In this document: one piece after another, positions 45,789 through 60,062 of the stretch | Position numbering within the stretch: the stretch's first letter is position 1 | Layout: every line of letters begins with the position of its first letter | Source of the DNA: Dehalococcoidia bacterium | GTDB lineage: Bacteria; Chloroflexota; Dehalococcoidia; Bin125 | Direction: 5' to 3' | Assembly (NCBI GenBank): GCA_022822375.1 | Contig: JAJEBU010000101.1 | Span: 5,234 to 69,233, forward strand | DNA length: 64,000 nt | The notes under the pieces: generated by a model | Database searches by the model: none | Told to the model about the DNA's origin: nothing | What the model saw: the letters and a program-made list of their open reading frames with translations, nothing else | Program-made: the position numbers and the translations under genes

Positions 45789-46889
45789 TCAGCGGCGTTC
45801 ATAGCGCCAAGTGTCACTCACCTCACCCTGACGCTGCTGGTTGGAGGTCGGCTCATCGTCGTCGACAGGCGCGGTGCCGGCGACTGCGTCGCGGATCGCG
45901 TCGACGACCCCGGCTTCGACCACGCTGCGAGCTGATCGGATGCCGCTGGTGACGGCCTCATCGTTGGCCCGGCCGTGTCCGACGAGGACTGCACCCTCGA
46001 TGCCGAAGAGCGGAGCCGAACCGACTTTGGCGTAGTCCCAATGCGCGCGGAGCCTGTGGAATGCGCCGCGCATCAGCCACGCGCCGACGCTGTGCAGCCA
46101 GTTGGCCTGAATGCTCCGCTTCAGCTCGCCGAAGAGCTGCTCGACGATGCCTTCGGTGAGTTTGACCGCGACGTTGCCGGTGAATCCATCGGACACGATC
46201 ACATCGGCGGCGCCGGCGACCATCTGGTTGCCTTCGATGTTGCCGACGAAGTTGGGTTCTTGGCGCTCGAGCAGGCCGTAGGTCTCCTGATGCAGGCTGG
46301 TGCCTTTGGCTTCTTCCTCGCCGACGTTGAGCAGGCCGACGCTGGGGTTGCGGTGTCGCAGGACGCGCTCGACGTAGGCCCGGCCCATCGTGGCGAACTG
46401 GGCGAGGTGCTGTGGCCGCGCCTCGACGTTGGCGCCGACATCGAGGAGCAGCGAAGTGCTGCCGCGTCCGTTGCGGAAGAGCGCGCCGAGCGCCGGACGC
46501 GCGACGCCGGGGATGCGGCCGAGGGTGAACAAGGAACCGGCCATCACGGCGCCGGTGTTGCCGAAGGAGAGGAAGGCGTCCGCCTCGCCATCGGCGAGCA
46601 GGCGGAGTCCGACCATGATCGACGAGTCGGGCATGCGCCGTACAGCGGTCGGCGGGGCATCCATGCTGATCGCTTCGGAGGCCTCCTGAATGCGCAGGTT
46701 GCGCTGGGCGGCCGGCAGCAGACTGCGAATCTCGCGGGCGCGGCCGACAAGCACGATGTCCACGTCCAACTCGCGCACCGCGGCGAGCGCGCCGGAGACC
46801 ACGACCGCGGGCGCGTTGTCGCCGCCCATGGCGTCGAGCGCGACCGTGATCGGTCGGCTGGTGGTTCGGGAATCCGTTCGGGAGGCCAT
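45789..46889 (-). CDS. plsX: Phosphate acyltransferase PlsX
   Basis: 'ITVALDAMGGDNAP' N-terminal signature and PlsX-like body. C-terminal about 30-aa extension. Confidence 0.85.
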   Translation of the reverse strand: MASRTDSRTTSRPITVALDAMGGDNAPAVVVSGALAAVRELDVDIVLVGRAREIRSLLPAAQRNLRIQEASEAISMDAPPTAVRRMPDSSIMVGLRLLADGEADAFLSFGNTGAVMAGSLFTLGRIPGVARPALGALFRNGRGSTSLLLDVGANVEARPQHLAQFATMGRAYVERVLRHRNPSVGLLNVGEEEAKGTSLHQETYGLLERQEPNFVGNIEGNQMVAGAADVIVSDGFTGNVAVKLTEGIVEQLFGELKRSIQANWLHSVGAWLMRGAFHRLRAHWDYAKVGSAPLFGIEGAVLVGHGRANDEAVTSGIRSARSVVEAGVVDAIRDAVAGTAPVDDDEPTSNQQRQGEVSDTWRYERR

Positions 46890-46918
46890 CGAGATGCAAC
46901 CCTCGCTTCGGAGCGGGA

Positions 46919-48175
46919 CTAGTCAGCGCTGCAGCGGAAACTCTCCAGCAACGGTAGCGCGACGGCGAGCGGGTCATCGCGGTCGAGCACGTGCAGCGCG
47001 AACTCGCGACCGCTGTCCGGGCAGTACCAGGCGAACGATTGAATCTGCATGAGATCCTCGCCGAACTGGGTTTCAGCCTCGCCAGTGCGCGCGGCCTGGC
47101 CGTCGACCTCACCATAGTCGCCGCTGAGGTTGATGCTCTCAATGCCCAGCGAGTCGCTGAGCGACTGCTGGATGGCCGCGTCTCCGTCGTAGAAGGCCGC
47201 GCCCAACGTCTGCCAGGTCAGGACCGCCTTGAGCGCCGACGCCGATTGCAGGACGAAGATGCCCGACTCGTCCGCCGGTGGATTGTTGGTTGGTTGGCCG
47301 AACTCCTGGGCGACATCGTCTGGGTCGTACTCGATCAGGTAGTCGAAGCGGTCGTAGCGTCCGGGCTGCGCACCCAGTTCGATCGGCAGAATGAAGGAGC
47401 CGAGCGCGCGTTCGAGCGCTGGCGCGATCGCCTCGTAGTCCTCGATCACGGCTCCGGCGCGCAGGATCACGACGAGCTCATCGACGCGCACGACGAGCGC
47501 GTGCCAACGAACCTGGAAGCCACCAGTCGCGCGGCGGTCCTCGTCCCAGTCGAAGCGTTCGGCGGGCTCGCCGGTGACCGTCGCGGCGGTGCTGCGAGCG
47601 GTGAACTCCACGTTGTCGGGCAATGCGAAGTTCGCCCGCAGCTGGTCACCCAGGTCTGACTCGTCGTCGATCACGACATCGACGCCAATCAGCGCGCGTC
47701 CCGTCTCGGAAAGGAACGACACGCGGTCGATGCCATTGGAGTTGGGATCGCAGAAGGGCGAGCAGACCAGATCGAAGGAGTAGCCGTAGGACGGATTGTT
47801 GTAGCGGCGGACGACGTCGGAAGAGGTCTCCAGCGGTGCGTCGGGCTCGTCGTCCTGATCAGCCTCGTCGGCCTGATCAGGCTGGCCGGATTGGTCCGAT
47901 TGGTCCGATTGGTCGGACTGCTGCTGTGCCTGTGCCGCTTGCGGCTGATCGGCCTGCTGGTCTGATTCTGCCGTCGCATCGGCTTCAGTCTGCTCCTGCT
48001 GATCGTCTTGTTGAGCCTGCTGGCTGTCTTGCGCGGCGGACTGGTCTGCGGACGCCTGAGTATCTGACGGTTGACGGAAGAATTCGTTCGATTGCACGTG
48101 TTCGTTGGGGTTTGAGCCGCAGCCGATCAGGAAGATCGACAGGGCCAAGATGATCAGAGTGCTTGCGATCCTCAT
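46919..48175 (-). CDS. Lipoprotein with Q/D-rich low-complexity linker and C-terminal globular domain
   Basis: Start at 'MRIASTLIILALSIFLIGCGS' (lipobox) with ribosome-binding site. 'QADQPQAAQAQQQSDQSDQSDQSGQPDQADEADQDDEPD' linker. Confidence 0.55.
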   Translation of the reverse strand: MRIASTLIILALSIFLIGCGSNPNEHVQSNEFFRQPSDTQASADQSAAQDSQQAQQDDQQEQTEADATAESDQQADQPQAAQAQQQSDQSDQSDQSGQPDQADEADQDDEPDAPLETSSDVVRRYNNPSYGYSFDLVCSPFCDPNSNGIDRVSFLSETGRALIGVDVVIDDESDLGDQLRANFALPDNVEFTARSTAATVTGEPAERFDWDEDRRATGGFQVRWHALVVRVDELVVILRAGAVIEDYEAIAPALERALGSFILPIELGAQPGRYDRFDYLIEYDPDDVAQEFGQPTNNPPADESGIFVLQSASALKAVLTWQTLGAAFYDGDAAIQQSLSDSLGIESINLSGDYGEVDGQAARTGEAETQFGEDLMQIQSFAWYCPDSGREFALHVLDRDDPLAVALPLLESFRCSAD

Positions 48176-48996
48176 GATGCCGCCTCGGCGATCACAATCA
48201 GGCGGTCGCCATCGCCGGCTGGAGCGAAGAACCAGGAGCCGAACCAATCGATCGGATGCAGACCGGCTTCAGCGAGCAGGCCTGCCATTTCGCCGGCGTT
48301 GAGGTTAACCCGCAGCGGAAATCGGGCGAGTGAGCGTTGGACGGCACCCTCGCGGCCGATGGCATCGTACTGGTACGTGATCCAGGCAATGGGGAGCGCC
48401 TGATCGAGCGCGTCGCCGCACTCTCGATCTAGCGCGAGCTCCTGCGCCGCGGACTTCGTGACCAGCGCACCGGAGTCGGCCTGTCGGGTCCACTCGAGGC
48501 GCAGTTGCGGCGGCGTCGGATCCAGATCGTCGGGACGAGGCGCGGTCCAATCGATGATGAGTTGTCCGCCCGCCGCTAGATGCTGCCGAGCGTTGCGCAA
48601 GGCGGCGAGCTGATCGCTGCGGCAGAGGAGGTGCTGGAAGCTGGAGAGTCCGCAGACGACGCGGTCGAACTCGCCGATCGGGGTCATGCAACGCATGTCT
48701 GCGCGGCGCACATCGACGCCGGTGCCGCGCATGCGCGGCTCGCCGATGGCGAGCATCGCGGGGGAGGAATCAACAGCGGTGACCTGGCGCCCAGCTGCGG
48801 CGAGGTCGACGGCGATGCGGCCGCTGCCGGCACCGAGTTCGAGCACGCGCTGCGCGGGCGCGGTGAGTTGCAGCAGCATCTCGATATCCGCCGAGAGCGG
48901 GCCAAAATCGAGGTCGTACCAGGGCGCAATGGTTCGCAGCGCTTGTTCCTGATCGTCCGCCGACCACGCGAGAGGATCGTCCACCGCGGCCTCCAC
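48172..48996 (-). CDS. Class I SAM-dependent methyltransferase
   Basis: 'VLELGAGSGRIAVDLA' motif I and 'LAAGGQLIIDW'. Its stop overlaps the lipoprotein start (ATGA). Confidence 0.75.
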   Translation of the reverse strand: MEAAVDDPLAWSADDQEQALRTIAPWYDLDFGPLSADIEMLLQLTAPAQRVLELGAGSGRIAVDLAAAGRQVTAVDSSPAMLAIGEPRMRGTGVDVRRADMRCMTPIGEFDRVVCGLSSFQHLLCRSDQLAALRNARQHLAAGGQLIIDWTAPRPDDLDPTPPQLRLEWTRQADSGALVTKSAAQELALDRECGDALDQALPIAWITYQYDAIGREGAVQRSLARFPLRVNLNAGEMAGLLAEAGLHPIDWFGSWFFAPAGDGDRLIVIAEAAS

Positions 48997-49067
48997 TCAC
49001 CCGCTGCGCTGCTCAATGCCAGAGTATCAGTGATGTGCAGGATCAGCGGCGGCGATAGGCTGCACGC

Positions 49068-49598
49068 ATGACGGACACGCCAACCACACGTGACTTGGTG
49101 GCCCAGTACATCCGCGCTGTGCCCGACTTTCCGATTGACGGCATTCTGTTTCGCGACATCACGCCGCTGCTTGGTCAGCCGTCGGCGTTGGACGCGGCGA
49201 TTACGTGGCTGGCCGAGCAGTGCGCGGGCGCGGATGCGATTGTGGGCATCGAGTCGCGCGGGTTCATCCTGGGTGCGCCGGTCGCGCAGCGGCTCCAGCT
49301 GCCGTTCGTGCCGATTCGGAAGGCGGGCAAGCTGCCGGCGAAGACGTACGCTCGCTCCTACGACCTGGAGTATGGGTCGGCGACGATTGAGATGCACGCG
49401 GACGGTCTGCGCTCAGGCGCCCGTGCGGCGCTCGTTGACGATCTGCTTGCCACCGGCGGCACCGCAGAGGCGGCGGCTCAGCTGATCATGCAGTCGGGCG
49501 CTGAAGTCTCGACCGCTGTGTTCCTGATCGAACTGGCAGAGTTGAATGGCCGCGAACGGCTGCAGCCGCTGGAGGCCGTTTGTCTGCTGGACTACTAG
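49068..49598 (+). CDS. apt: Adenine phosphoribosyltransferase
   Basis: 'FRDITPLL', 'IVGIESRGFILG' and 'LVDDLLATGGT' PRPP-binding motif. 176 aa. Confidence 0.9.
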   Translation: MTDTPTTRDLVAQYIRAVPDFPIDGILFRDITPLLGQPSALDAAITWLAEQCAGADAIVGIESRGFILGAPVAQRLQLPFVPIRKAGKLPAKTYARSYDLEYGSATIEMHADGLRSGARAALVDDLLATGGTAEAAAQLIMQSGAEVSTAVFLIELAELNGRERLQPLEAVCLLDY

Positions 49599-49619
49599 CC
49601 GCTGCGCCGACAGAAGGGA

Positions 49620-50507
49620 TTGTCCGCCGTGTCAGACGCTCAACCGACCGCCCAGCTCGCTGTGATTGGCGGCTCGGGCTTCTACCGGATGCCGGGCTTG
49701 AGCGATGTCGAGCGGTGGCGCCCGACGACGCCGTTTGGGGATCCGTCCGACGAGATCGTGATCGGCACGGTGCACGACCGACGGATCGCGTTCCTGCCGC
49801 GCCACGGGGTCGGCCACCGCCTGATGCCGCACGAGATTCCCGTACGCGCCAACATCTGGGCTCTGAAGATGCTGGGCGTGCAGGGCATTCTGGCCGTCTC
49901 GGCGGTCGGATCGCTGCGCCGCGAGATCGTGCCGGGCGACATGGTTGTGCCCGATCAGATCATCGACCGCACTCGGGGCGGGCGGCCGGTCACGATGTTC
50001 GGCGACGGCATCGTCGTGCACGTTGGCTTCGCAGATCCGTTCTGCGCAGATCTGAGCGCGCGTTTGGTCGAGAGCGCCGGCAGGATCGGTCGGGCGGTTC
50101 ACCGCGGTGGGTCTTATGTCGCGATGGAGGGTCCGCTGTTCAGCACCCGCGCCGAATCGCATCTCTACCGATCGTGGGGCGCGTCGATCATCGGCATGAC
50201 GGCGGTGCCCGAGGCCAAGCTCGCGCGGGAAGCGGAGATCGCCTACGCGATGCTCGCCACTGCGACGGACTACGACGTCTGGCACGAGTCTGAAGAAGAC
50301 GTCACTGCTGACCGCGTCGCTCAGATCGTGGCGCAGAATGTGCAGTCCGCGCAAGCGATCATCTCTGATCTGGCGGAACACCTGCCGTCGGACTGGCGGT
50401 CGACCGCTGAGGGCGCGCTGCGCGGCGCGATCATGACCGATCCACGCACGATTCCCGCGGAGACGCTCGAGCGCTACGCGCTGCTGATCGAGGACCGCTT
50501 GCCGTGA
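49620..50507 (+). CDS. mtnP: S-methyl-5'-thioadenosine phosphorylase (PNP family 2)
   Basis: 'AVIGGSGFY', 'FLPRHG', 'GMTAVPEAKLAREAEIAYAMLATATDYD' MTAP signature. Start TTG 49620 or GTG 49629. Confidence 0.85.
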   Translation: MSAVSDAQPTAQLAVIGGSGFYRMPGLSDVERWRPTTPFGDPSDEIVIGTVHDRRIAFLPRHGVGHRLMPHEIPVRANIWALKMLGVQGILAVSAVGSLRREIVPGDMVVPDQIIDRTRGGRPVTMFGDGIVVHVGFADPFCADLSARLVESAGRIGRAVHRGGSYVAMEGPLFSTRAESHLYRSWGASIIGMTAVPEAKLAREAEIAYAMLATATDYDVWHESEEDVTADRVAQIVAQNVQSAQAIISDLAEHLPSDWRSTAEGALRGAIMTDPRTIPAETLERYALLIEDRLP

Positions 50508-51520
50508 GCGTTGGCGTGCGCGGGACCGTGAGTGAGCCCATGGATGAGGCCACGTCTGAGGCCACGTTTGAGGCCGGGCCGCTGGATATCGCGGTCGTTG
50601 GCGCGATTGCGTTGGACGAGATTCACAGCGCGGCGGGAGACATCGATCAGCTCCTGGGCGGATCGGCGGTCTACGCGAGCCTGTCGGCATCGTTGCTGGC
50701 CAGCGTGGCGCCAGTGTCGGTGATCGGCGACGACGTTGATCCGGCGCGGCTCGCGGTGTTGAGCGATCGCGGTGTCCAGTTGGACGGGATTGAGCAGGCC
50801 GCGGGACCCAACTTCCGCTGGGGCTGCAGGTATTCCGCTGACGGCGATGTGCGCGAGACGCTGTACACCCACGCGGGCGTCTACGACACGCATCCGATCG
50901 TGGTGACGGAACGGATCCGATCGGCGCGGATGGTGCTGTTGACCGCCGGCAATCCGCAGCAGAATCAGCGCGCGATGAGCCAGATGTCCGGTCCCGAGCT
51001 GGTCGCGCTGGACACGATCGAGCGGGAAGTTGCTGAGCACACCGAGGCGTTCCGCGCCGAGCTGGGACTGGCGGACATCGTCTCGATCAACACGCTCGAG
51101 GCTTCGCACCTGATCGGCTGGCAGGGCGATCCTGATGATCCAGCGCTCGCCCGGTCGGCCTGGCAGCAGATTCGCGCGCTGGGCCCGTCCGTGTTTATCT
51201 GCAAGCGCGGCTCGCGGGGCGTGGAGATCTTTCGGGGGGACGACCGCATCGTGGTCAGCGCCGCTGCGGACGTTGCCGTGATCGATCCGACGGGTGCGGG
51301 CGACACATTCATCGCGGCGCTGCTCAGCGGGATCGCGCGGGGCTGGACACTCGTGCAGGCGACGGTCTGGGGCTGCGCGGCGGCGTCGACGACGATCGAG
51401 CGATTTGGCACGGACGGCATCGCGGCAGCGAGCGTGGAGACAGTCGCGGCGCGCGCTCGGAGCATCAGCGTGGACGGTGAAGCGGCGCCGCCGATCCCGT
51501 TCGGCGGCCTCAGCCGTTAG
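50504..51520 (+). CDS. PfkB-family carbohydrate/nucleoside kinase (candidate adenosine kinase)
   Basis: 'DPTGAGDTFIAALL' PfkB C-terminal motif. GTG overlaps the mtnP stop (GTGA). Confidence 0.7.
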   Translation: MSVGVRGTVSEPMDEATSEATFEAGPLDIAVVGAIALDEIHSAAGDIDQLLGGSAVYASLSASLLASVAPVSVIGDDVDPARLAVLSDRGVQLDGIEQAAGPNFRWGCRYSADGDVRETLYTHAGVYDTHPIVVTERIRSARMVLLTAGNPQQNQRAMSQMSGPELVALDTIEREVAEHTEAFRAELGLADIVSINTLEASHLIGWQGDPDDPALARSAWQQIRALGPSVFICKRGSRGVEIFRGDDRIVVSAAADVAVIDPTGAGDTFIAALLSGIARGWTLVQATVWGCAAASTTIERFGTDGIAAASVETVAARARSISVDGEAAPPIPFGGLSR

Positions 51521-54858
<3,338 letters not shown>

Positions 54859-54899
54859 CGGCGATGCCGAATGAGGCAGCGGCGGTGAGCGCCTCGCCG

Positions 54900-55298
54900 T
54901 TACCGCTTGGTGTACTGGGGTGCCTTGCGAGCTCGCTTGAGTCCGGGCTTCTTGCGTTCCTTGGCTCGCGGATCGCGGGTCAGCATGCCTGCCTGTCGGA
55001 GCGGACGTCGCAGGGTCTCGTCGCTGGCCAGCAATGCTCTGGCAATCCCCAGTCGGATGGCGCCGGCCCAACCGTTGACGCCGCCGCCGCTGCAGCGCAC
55101 CTGCGCCGAGAAGCTGCTCTGCAGACCGGTGTGGCGCAGCGGTTCCTCGATCAGTCGGCGCTGCTCGGGTCGGCGGAAGAGGTCGGAGGCGTCTTTGCCG
55201 TTGACGGTGATGGCACCGTTGCCGGGGTAGAGCCGCACCCGCGCGATGGCGGTCTTGCGGCGTCCGAGTCCGTAGAAGTATCGTCCTGCGGTCGTCAT
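54900..55298 (-). CDS. rpsI: 30S ribosomal protein S9
   Basis: 'GRRKTAIARVRLYPGNG' and C-terminal 'RKAPQYTKR'. Confidence 0.95.
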   Translation of the reverse strand: MTTAGRYFYGLGRRKTAIARVRLYPGNGAITVNGKDASDLFRRPEQRRLIEEPLRHTGLQSSFSAQVRCSGGGVNGWAGAIRLGIARALLASDETLRRPLRQAGMLTRDPRAKERKKPGLKRARKAPQYTKR

Positions 55299-55300
55299 GG

Positions 55301-55735
55301 TTATTCGGCTCCCTCGGCCGCGGCGGCCAGCTGTCCAGCATGTGGATGGTCGGCGCCGCGATAGACGCGCAGGTGGCGGTACTGCGTGCGGCCGAGTCGG
55401 TTCTTTGGCAGCATCCCGCGAACCGCCTGTTCAATCACGCGTTCGGGGCGCTTGTCCAGCATGTCCTTCAGCGTGGTTTGCTTCAGGTTGCCGAGTCGGC
55501 CCGAGTGCCGATAGTACATTTTCTGTTCGAGCTTGCGGCCCGAGACCGCCACTTTGCCGGCGTTGACGACGACGACGTAGTCGCCGATGTCTTGCGACGG
55601 GTGGAAGGCGGGCTTGTGTTTGCCGCGCAGCAGTGTGGCGATTTCAGTCGCCACGCGGCCTAACGGGCGGTCTGTGGCGTCGACCAGGTGCCACTCGCGG
55701 GTCACCTGGTGCGGTCCCAGTACGGTCGTCGACAT
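55301..55735 (-). CDS. rplM: 50S ribosomal protein L13
   Basis: '[28 protein letters not shown]...GDYVVVVNA' L13 signature. Confidence 0.95.
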   Translation of the reverse strand: MSTTVLGPHQVTREWHLVDATDRPLGRVATEIATLLRGKHKPAFHPSQDIGDYVVVVNAGKVAVSGRKLEQKMYYRHSGRLGNLKQTTLKDMLDKRPERVIEQAVRGMLPKNRLGRTQYRHLRVYRGADHPHAGQLAAAAEGAE

Positions 55736-55737
55736 CG

Positions 55738-56538
55738 TCAGTCTCCCTCACGCTCCATCTGGCAGTCGTGTGCGTTGTGGTTGAAGATCGGCCGGGCGTA
55801 TCTCACGTCGACGAGGCAGAGTCCGCCGGCCGGCGCCGTCGGACCCATCGATCCAGGCAGCGCGGCTTGCAGCGCGGCGGTGAAGTCCGCCGCGGTCATG
55901 CGTCCGCGGGCGACCTCGACGATCGCGCCGACCATCCGCCGCACCTGGTGCTGCAGAAAGGCGTCGGCGCGAAAGCGCATGGTGACGGCTGACCCGTCCC
56001 TGGACAGTGACGCCTCCATCAGCCGTCGTTGGGTCGAACGTTCGGTGGTTGGCGGCGTGAGCGCGGCGAAATCGCGCGTTAGCAGCAGTTCGCTCATGGC
56101 GGACTGGGCCGCCTCGGTGTTGAATTGGGGAGGCACAATCCAGGCGTGCCGCTGCCAGAGCGGCTGACGTTGATTCGACAGCCGCAGTTGATATTCGTAG
56201 GTGCGAGCCAACGCGTCGCGGCGAGGGTCCCAGTCCATTGGCACTGCCGCGGCGTCCTGGACGGCGATGCTGTCGGGCAGGAAGTGGTTGAGTCCGCGCA
56301 CCCAGCGATGCGCACTGAGCGAGGCTCGTGAGCCATCGCAGCGGAAGGATGCGACCTGTCCCGCGGCGTGGACGCCGGCGTCGGTCCGGCCCGCGAAGGA
56401 GGTGGTGATCGTCTCGCCCGTGAGAGACGTGAGCGCGGCTTGCAGCGATCCCTGCACCGTGGCTTGATTGGGCTGCCACTGGGATCCGGCGAAGTCCGTG
56501 CCGTCGTATTGGAGCAAGAGCGCCCATCGCTGACTCAC
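55738..56538 (-). CDS. truA: tRNA pseudouridine(38-40) synthase TruA
   Basis: '[18 protein letters not shown]...[14 protein letters not shown]' catalytic Asp motif. Confidence 0.9.
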   Translation of the reverse strand: MSQRWALLLQYDGTDFAGSQWQPNQATVQGSLQAALTSLTGETITTSFAGRTDAGVHAAGQVASFRCDGSRASLSAHRWVRGLNHFLPDSIAVQDAAAVPMDWDPRRDALARTYEYQLRLSNQRQPLWQRHAWIVPPQFNTEAAQSAMSELLLTRDFAALTPPTTERSTQRRLMEASLSRDGSAVTMRFRADAFLQHQVRRMVGAIVEVARGRMTAADFTAALQAALPGSMGPTAPAGGLCLVDVRYARPIFNHNAHDCQMEREGD

Positions 56539-56569
56539 CGTGATCGCTCATGCCCATGACACTGCTGCG

Positions 56570-57001
56570 CTATTCGCTCGAGGCGTCTTCGGTCTCGTCG
56601 GCCTCGTTGGCGGCGTCGGAGTCGTCGGTCGAGGGTTCGGGCGAGGCGCGCTCGACGAGTTCGATGTGCGCCATCAACGCACCGTCGCCGCGGCGCGGGC
56701 CGAGCTTGATGATTCTCGTGTAGCCGCCGGGCCGCTCGGCGAAGCGCGGGGCGATCTCATCGAACAGAACGCGCAGGATCTTCTTGTCCGTCAGCACCGC
56801 GCCGGCCTGGCGTCGGGCGTGGAGGTCGCCGCGCTTGCCCAGGGTGATCATTTTTTCGGCGACGGGGCGGATCGACTTGGCCTTGGCCTCCGTGGTCACA
56901 ATCGCCTCGTGGCGCAGCAGGTCGGTGACCTGGTTGCGCACCAGTGCCGATCGGTGCGACCGACTGCGGCTCAGCGCTCGCCCGCTCTTTCGATGCCTCA
57001 T
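56570..57001 (-). CDS. rplQ: 50S ribosomal protein L17 with acidic C-terminal tail
   Basis: '[23 protein letters not shown]...[15 protein letters not shown]' L17 core plus '[20 protein letters not shown]' tail. Confidence 0.95.
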   Translation of the reverse strand: MRHRKSGRALSRSRSHRSALVRNQVTDLLRHEAIVTTEAKAKSIRPVAEKMITLGKRGDLHARRQAGAVLTDKKILRVLFDEIAPRFAERPGGYTRIIKLGPRRGDGALMAHIELVERASPEPSTDDSDAANEADETEDASSE

Positions 57002-57045
57002 GGCGCGTTCCTCACCTGCAGACCGTTCGTCGTGTCGTGGATCGG

Positions 57046-58233
57046 TTAGTCGTCGTCGGCGCCGCCCTGGCGCATCGCTTCGAGCAGCGCGGCGCCGAGG
57101 GATCCGACGACTTCTTCGCTCTCTTCGCCGCCACCGACGGGTTCGTCGCTGGCCTCGGTCTGGACATCGGCCAGCGACGGCAGCTGTTCGCTGTCGTCGA
57201 TGCTGCCCAGGGTGGTGATCGGCTCCTCGGTCGTCGGGGCGAAGACGCCGTCGCGGGCGCGGCGCACGCGGGCATCGTCTTCGTCGATCAAGTCCAACTC
57301 GCGCAGTCTGTCGATCAGTTCGATGTAGGACTTTTCGCCAAAGTTGCGGAGGGTGAGCAGTTCATCGTCGGATCGTTCGAGCACCTGACCGACGAGCATC
57401 AGCCCGCTGCGCTTGAGGCAGTTGTGTGCGCGGACCGAGAGCTGGAGGTCGTCGATCGGCATGTCGTACTGCTCGGGGGTGAGTCCGACGCGTGCGTGGG
57501 CGGGCAGGGCGCGCGGGGCGGTCGGCTGACCGAGGGTTTCGAAGATTTCGAGCTCGGCGCGCAGGCTGCGCGCGGCCGCCTGGACGGCGTCGATGCCGCT
57601 GATCGTGTTGTCGGTCCAGAGTTCGAGCAGCAGATGCTCGTACTGCTCGCCGCTGCCGCCGGAGGCGTCGCCCACGTCGTATTTGACGCGCCGCACCGGG
57701 GTGAAGACGGCGTCGAGCGGGATCGAGCCGATCGCTTCGTCGCCGTTGTTGGATCGGGCGGACGGCTGGAAGCCGTACCCGGTTTCGATGCCCATGGTGA
57801 CGTCGAGTCGTCCATCTTCGCCGTCGAGCGTGGCGAGGTAGAGGTCAGGATTGACGATCTTGTAGTCGCCCGGCACCTGGATGGCGGCGGCAGTGATGGG
57901 ACCGGCGCCGCGCACGTTGAGGTGCATCTCGGCGGTGCGGTCGGCGAGGGCGTGAATGCGAATCTCGCGCAGGTTGAGCAGGAATTGTGTGGTGTCTTCC
58001 TTCATCTGCGGGATCATCGAGAACTCGTGCTGGACCTGGTCGATCTTGACGGAGGTGATGGCGGCGCCGCGAATGCCGCTGAGCAGGACGCGACGGAGCG
58101 CGTTGCCGGCGGTGTGGGCCATGCCGCGGGTGAGCGGCTTCACGAGGATGCGGGCGTAGTCATCCTGCTCTGCCTCGATGATGAGTTCGGGTGATTCGAT
58201 CGCGAGGATCACGGTGCTTGGTCCCTCCAACAC
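57046..58233 (-). CDS. rpoA: DNA-directed RNA polymerase subunit alpha
   Basis: '[16 protein letters not shown]' and the alpha-CTD '[36 protein letters not shown]'. Start is GTG 58233 or a downstream GTG. Acidic C-terminal extension. Confidence 0.9.
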   Translation of the reverse strand: MLEGPSTVILAIESPELIIEAEQDDYARILVKPLTRGMAHTAGNALRRVLLSGIRGAAITSVKIDQVQHEFSMIPQMKEDTTQFLLNLREIRIHALADRTAEMHLNVRGAGPITAAAIQVPGDYKIVNPDLYLATLDGEDGRLDVTMGIETGYGFQPSARSNNGDEAIGSIPLDAVFTPVRRVKYDVGDASGGSGEQYEHLLLELWTDNTISGIDAVQAAARSLRAELEIFETLGQPTAPRALPAHARVGLTPEQYDMPIDDLQLSVRAHNCLKRSGLMLVGQVLERSDDELLTLRNFGEKSYIELIDRLRELDLIDEDDARVRRARDGVFAPTTEEPITTLGSIDDSEQLPSLADVQTEASDEPVGGGEESEEVVGSLGAALLEAMRQGGADDD

Positions 58234-58257
58234 GTGTGAGATGGATCCGACGGACCG

Positions 58258-58884
58258 CTAGCGCGAGTAATACTCGACGATGGCGTTCTCGTCGACGCGC
58301 ATATCGAGGTCTTCGCGAGCAGGTACGGCGGTCAGCTCGCCTTCGAGCTGAATGGGGTCGATCCGCAGCCAACCGGGCACTTCGCGGGAGCCCTGCCAGG
58401 TGCGCGCCATTTCGTAGAACTTGGACTTGCGACCGCGATCAGTCCAACCAACGGTGTCGCCGATGCGGGTTTCGATCGAGGGGATGTCGGCCTTCTTGCC
58501 GTTGAGCGTGATGTGTCCGTGCTTGACGAGCTGTCGCGCCTGCGCGCGGGACTCGGCGATGCCGAGTCGGTAGACGACGTTGTCGAAGCGCAGCTCGAGC
58601 ATCTGCAGGAGATTTTCGCCAGTCGCGCCGGGCCGGCGGTTGGCCTCGGCGTACATGCGTCGGAACTGCCGTTCGAGGACGCCGTAGGTCTTGCGAACCT
58701 TCTGCTTTTCCTTGACCTGTTCTCCGTAGTCGGAGATCTTGCGGCGGCGAGTGGAGCGTTGGCCGGGCGGTTGGTTGCGGCGCTCGATGGCGCACTTGGG
58801 TCCAACGCAGCGCTCGCCTTTGAGCATCAACTTCTCGCCAGCGCGCCGGCAGATTCTGCAGACTGGTCCGGTGTATCGAGCCAT
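58258..58884 (-). CDS. rpsD: 30S ribosomal protein S4
   Basis: 'MARYTGPVCRICRRAGEKLMLKGERC' zinc-ribbon-like N-terminus and S4 domain. Confidence 0.95.
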   Translation of the reverse strand: MARYTGPVCRICRRAGEKLMLKGERCVGPKCAIERRNQPPGQRSTRRRKISDYGEQVKEKQKVRKTYGVLERQFRRMYAEANRRPGATGENLLQMLELRFDNVVYRLGIAESRAQARQLVKHGHITLNGKKADIPSIETRIGDTVGWTDRGRKSKFYEMARTWQGSREVPGWLRIDPIQLEGELTAVPAREDLDMRVDENAIVEYYSR

Positions 58885-58917
58885 GGACGGATCTCTCTGT
58901 CGGTGGGGGTTCGTGGA

Positions 58918-59316
58918 CTAGACGCGCCGCCGCTTGCGCGGCCGGCAGCCGTTGTGCGGGATGGGGGTGACGTCGCGGATGGAGAGCAGGACGAGTCCCT
59001 GCGCTTGCAGGGCGCGGACGGCGGACTCGCGGCCCTGTCCGGGTCCCTTGACATAGACGTCGACCTGGCGCATGCCGTGGGTCATGGCCTTTTGCGCGGC
59101 ATCTTCGGCGGCGAGCTGGGCGGCGAACGGCGTGCCTTTGCGGGAACCGCGGGTCGAGGCGGTGCTGCCGGCGGAGGCCCAGGCGACGGTGTTGCCGGCC
59201 AGGTCGGTCATGGTGATGATGGTGTTGTTGTAGGTCGACTGGATGTAGGCGCGGCCGTGCGGCACATTCTTGCGCTCGCGGCGGCGACGGGTTCGCTCGC
59301 GTCGTTGAGTGCTCAT
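58918..59316 (-). CDS. rpsK: 30S ribosomal protein S11
   Basis: '[22 protein letters not shown]...[11 protein letters not shown]' S11 signature. Confidence 0.95.
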   Translation of the reverse strand: MSTQRRERTRRRRERKNVPHGRAYIQSTYNNTIITMTDLAGNTVAWASAGSTASTRGSRKGTPFAAQLAAEDAAQKAMTHGMRQVDVYVKGPGQGRESAVRALQAQGLVLLSIRDVTPIPHNGCRPRKRRRV

Positions 59317-59352
59317 CCGATACCCCTGTCTGCCCGATTACGTGTTCAGGTG

Positions 59353-59733
59353 TTAGCGCTTGACGGCGCGGCGTCGACCGGCGACGGTCTTCTTGGAGCC
59401 GCGGCGGGTGCGCGCGTTGGTTCGGGTGCGCTGGCCGTGCATGGGCAGGTTGCGTCGGTGACGCTGCCCGCGGTAGCAGTTGATGTCGATTAGGCGCTGA
59501 ACGTTGCCGCGAACGACGCGGCGCAGGTCGCCTTCGACGATGTAGTCGTGGTCCACGATTTCGCGGATGCGGGCCAACTCGGCGTCCGACAGTTCCTGGA
59601 TGCGACGGTCGGGGTCGATGTTGGCCTTTTCGACGATTTCGCGGGCGCGCGTCGCACCGATGCCGAAGATGTAGCGCAGCGCGAACGGCGTTTTCTTGTT
59701 GTCCGGGACGTCCACGCCCGAGATTCTCGCCAT
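59353..59733 (-). CDS. rpsM: 30S ribosomal protein S13
   Basis: '[26 protein letters not shown]' from the ATG at 59733. The longer ORF to 60231 is a false 5' extension. Confidence 0.95.
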   Translation of the reverse strand: MARISGVDVPDNKKTPFALRYIFGIGATRAREIVEKANIDPDRRIQELSDAELARIREIVDHDYIVEGDLRRVVRGNVQRLIDINCYRGQRHRRNLPMHGQRTRTNARTRRGSKKTVAGRRRAVKR

Positions 59734-59777
59734 GCCCTCGTTCCCTTCTCCGTCAGCCGATCGATCGCGGCGGAAGT

Positions 59778-60062
59778 TCAGTTCTTGAAGCGGTAGACGA
59801 CCCGCCCGCGGGTGAGGTCGTATTCCGATAGTTCGACGAGCACTCGGTCGCCACGCAGGACTCGGATGTGGTGCTGCCTCATCTTGCCGGCGAGGTGCGC
59901 GAGCACCTCGTGACCATTGGGCAGTTCGACCCGAAACGTCGCGTTGGGCAAGAGCTCCTTGACGACGCCCTCGACCTCGATCTTGTCCTGTTTGGGCGGC
60001 GGAGCCGGGGCGGCCGCTCGTCGCGGCCGCTTGCCACCGCCAGACTTTCTGTTTCTCGCCAC
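59778..60062 (-). CDS. infA: Translation initiation factor IF-1 with basic/Pro-rich N-terminal extension
   Basis: '[67 protein letters not shown]' IF-1 core. The only in-frame start after the map stop is GTG (or the adjacent TTG), giving '[27 protein letters not shown]' before the core. Confidence 0.8.
   Translation of the reverse strand: MARNRKSGGGKRPRRAAAPAPPPKQDKIEVEGVVKELLPNATFRVELPNGHEVLAHLAGKMRQHHIRVLRGDRVLVELSEYDLTRGRVVYRFKN

Noticed and set aside
43074-47142. Long ORFs antisense to the beta-lactamase-like, LLM, plsX and lipoprotein genes (43074..44276 +, 44132..45088 -, 45958..47142 -, 45975..46922 +)
   Set aside because: Shadow ORFs. Partner strands carry diagnostic motifs (SxxK, the PlsX N-terminus, lipobox).
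56944-59493. Plus-strand ORFs 56944..58194 and 58513..59493 across the rpoA/rpsD/rpsK/rpsM region
   Set aside because: Antisense to universally conserved ribosomal and RpoA genes. Compositionally biased translations.
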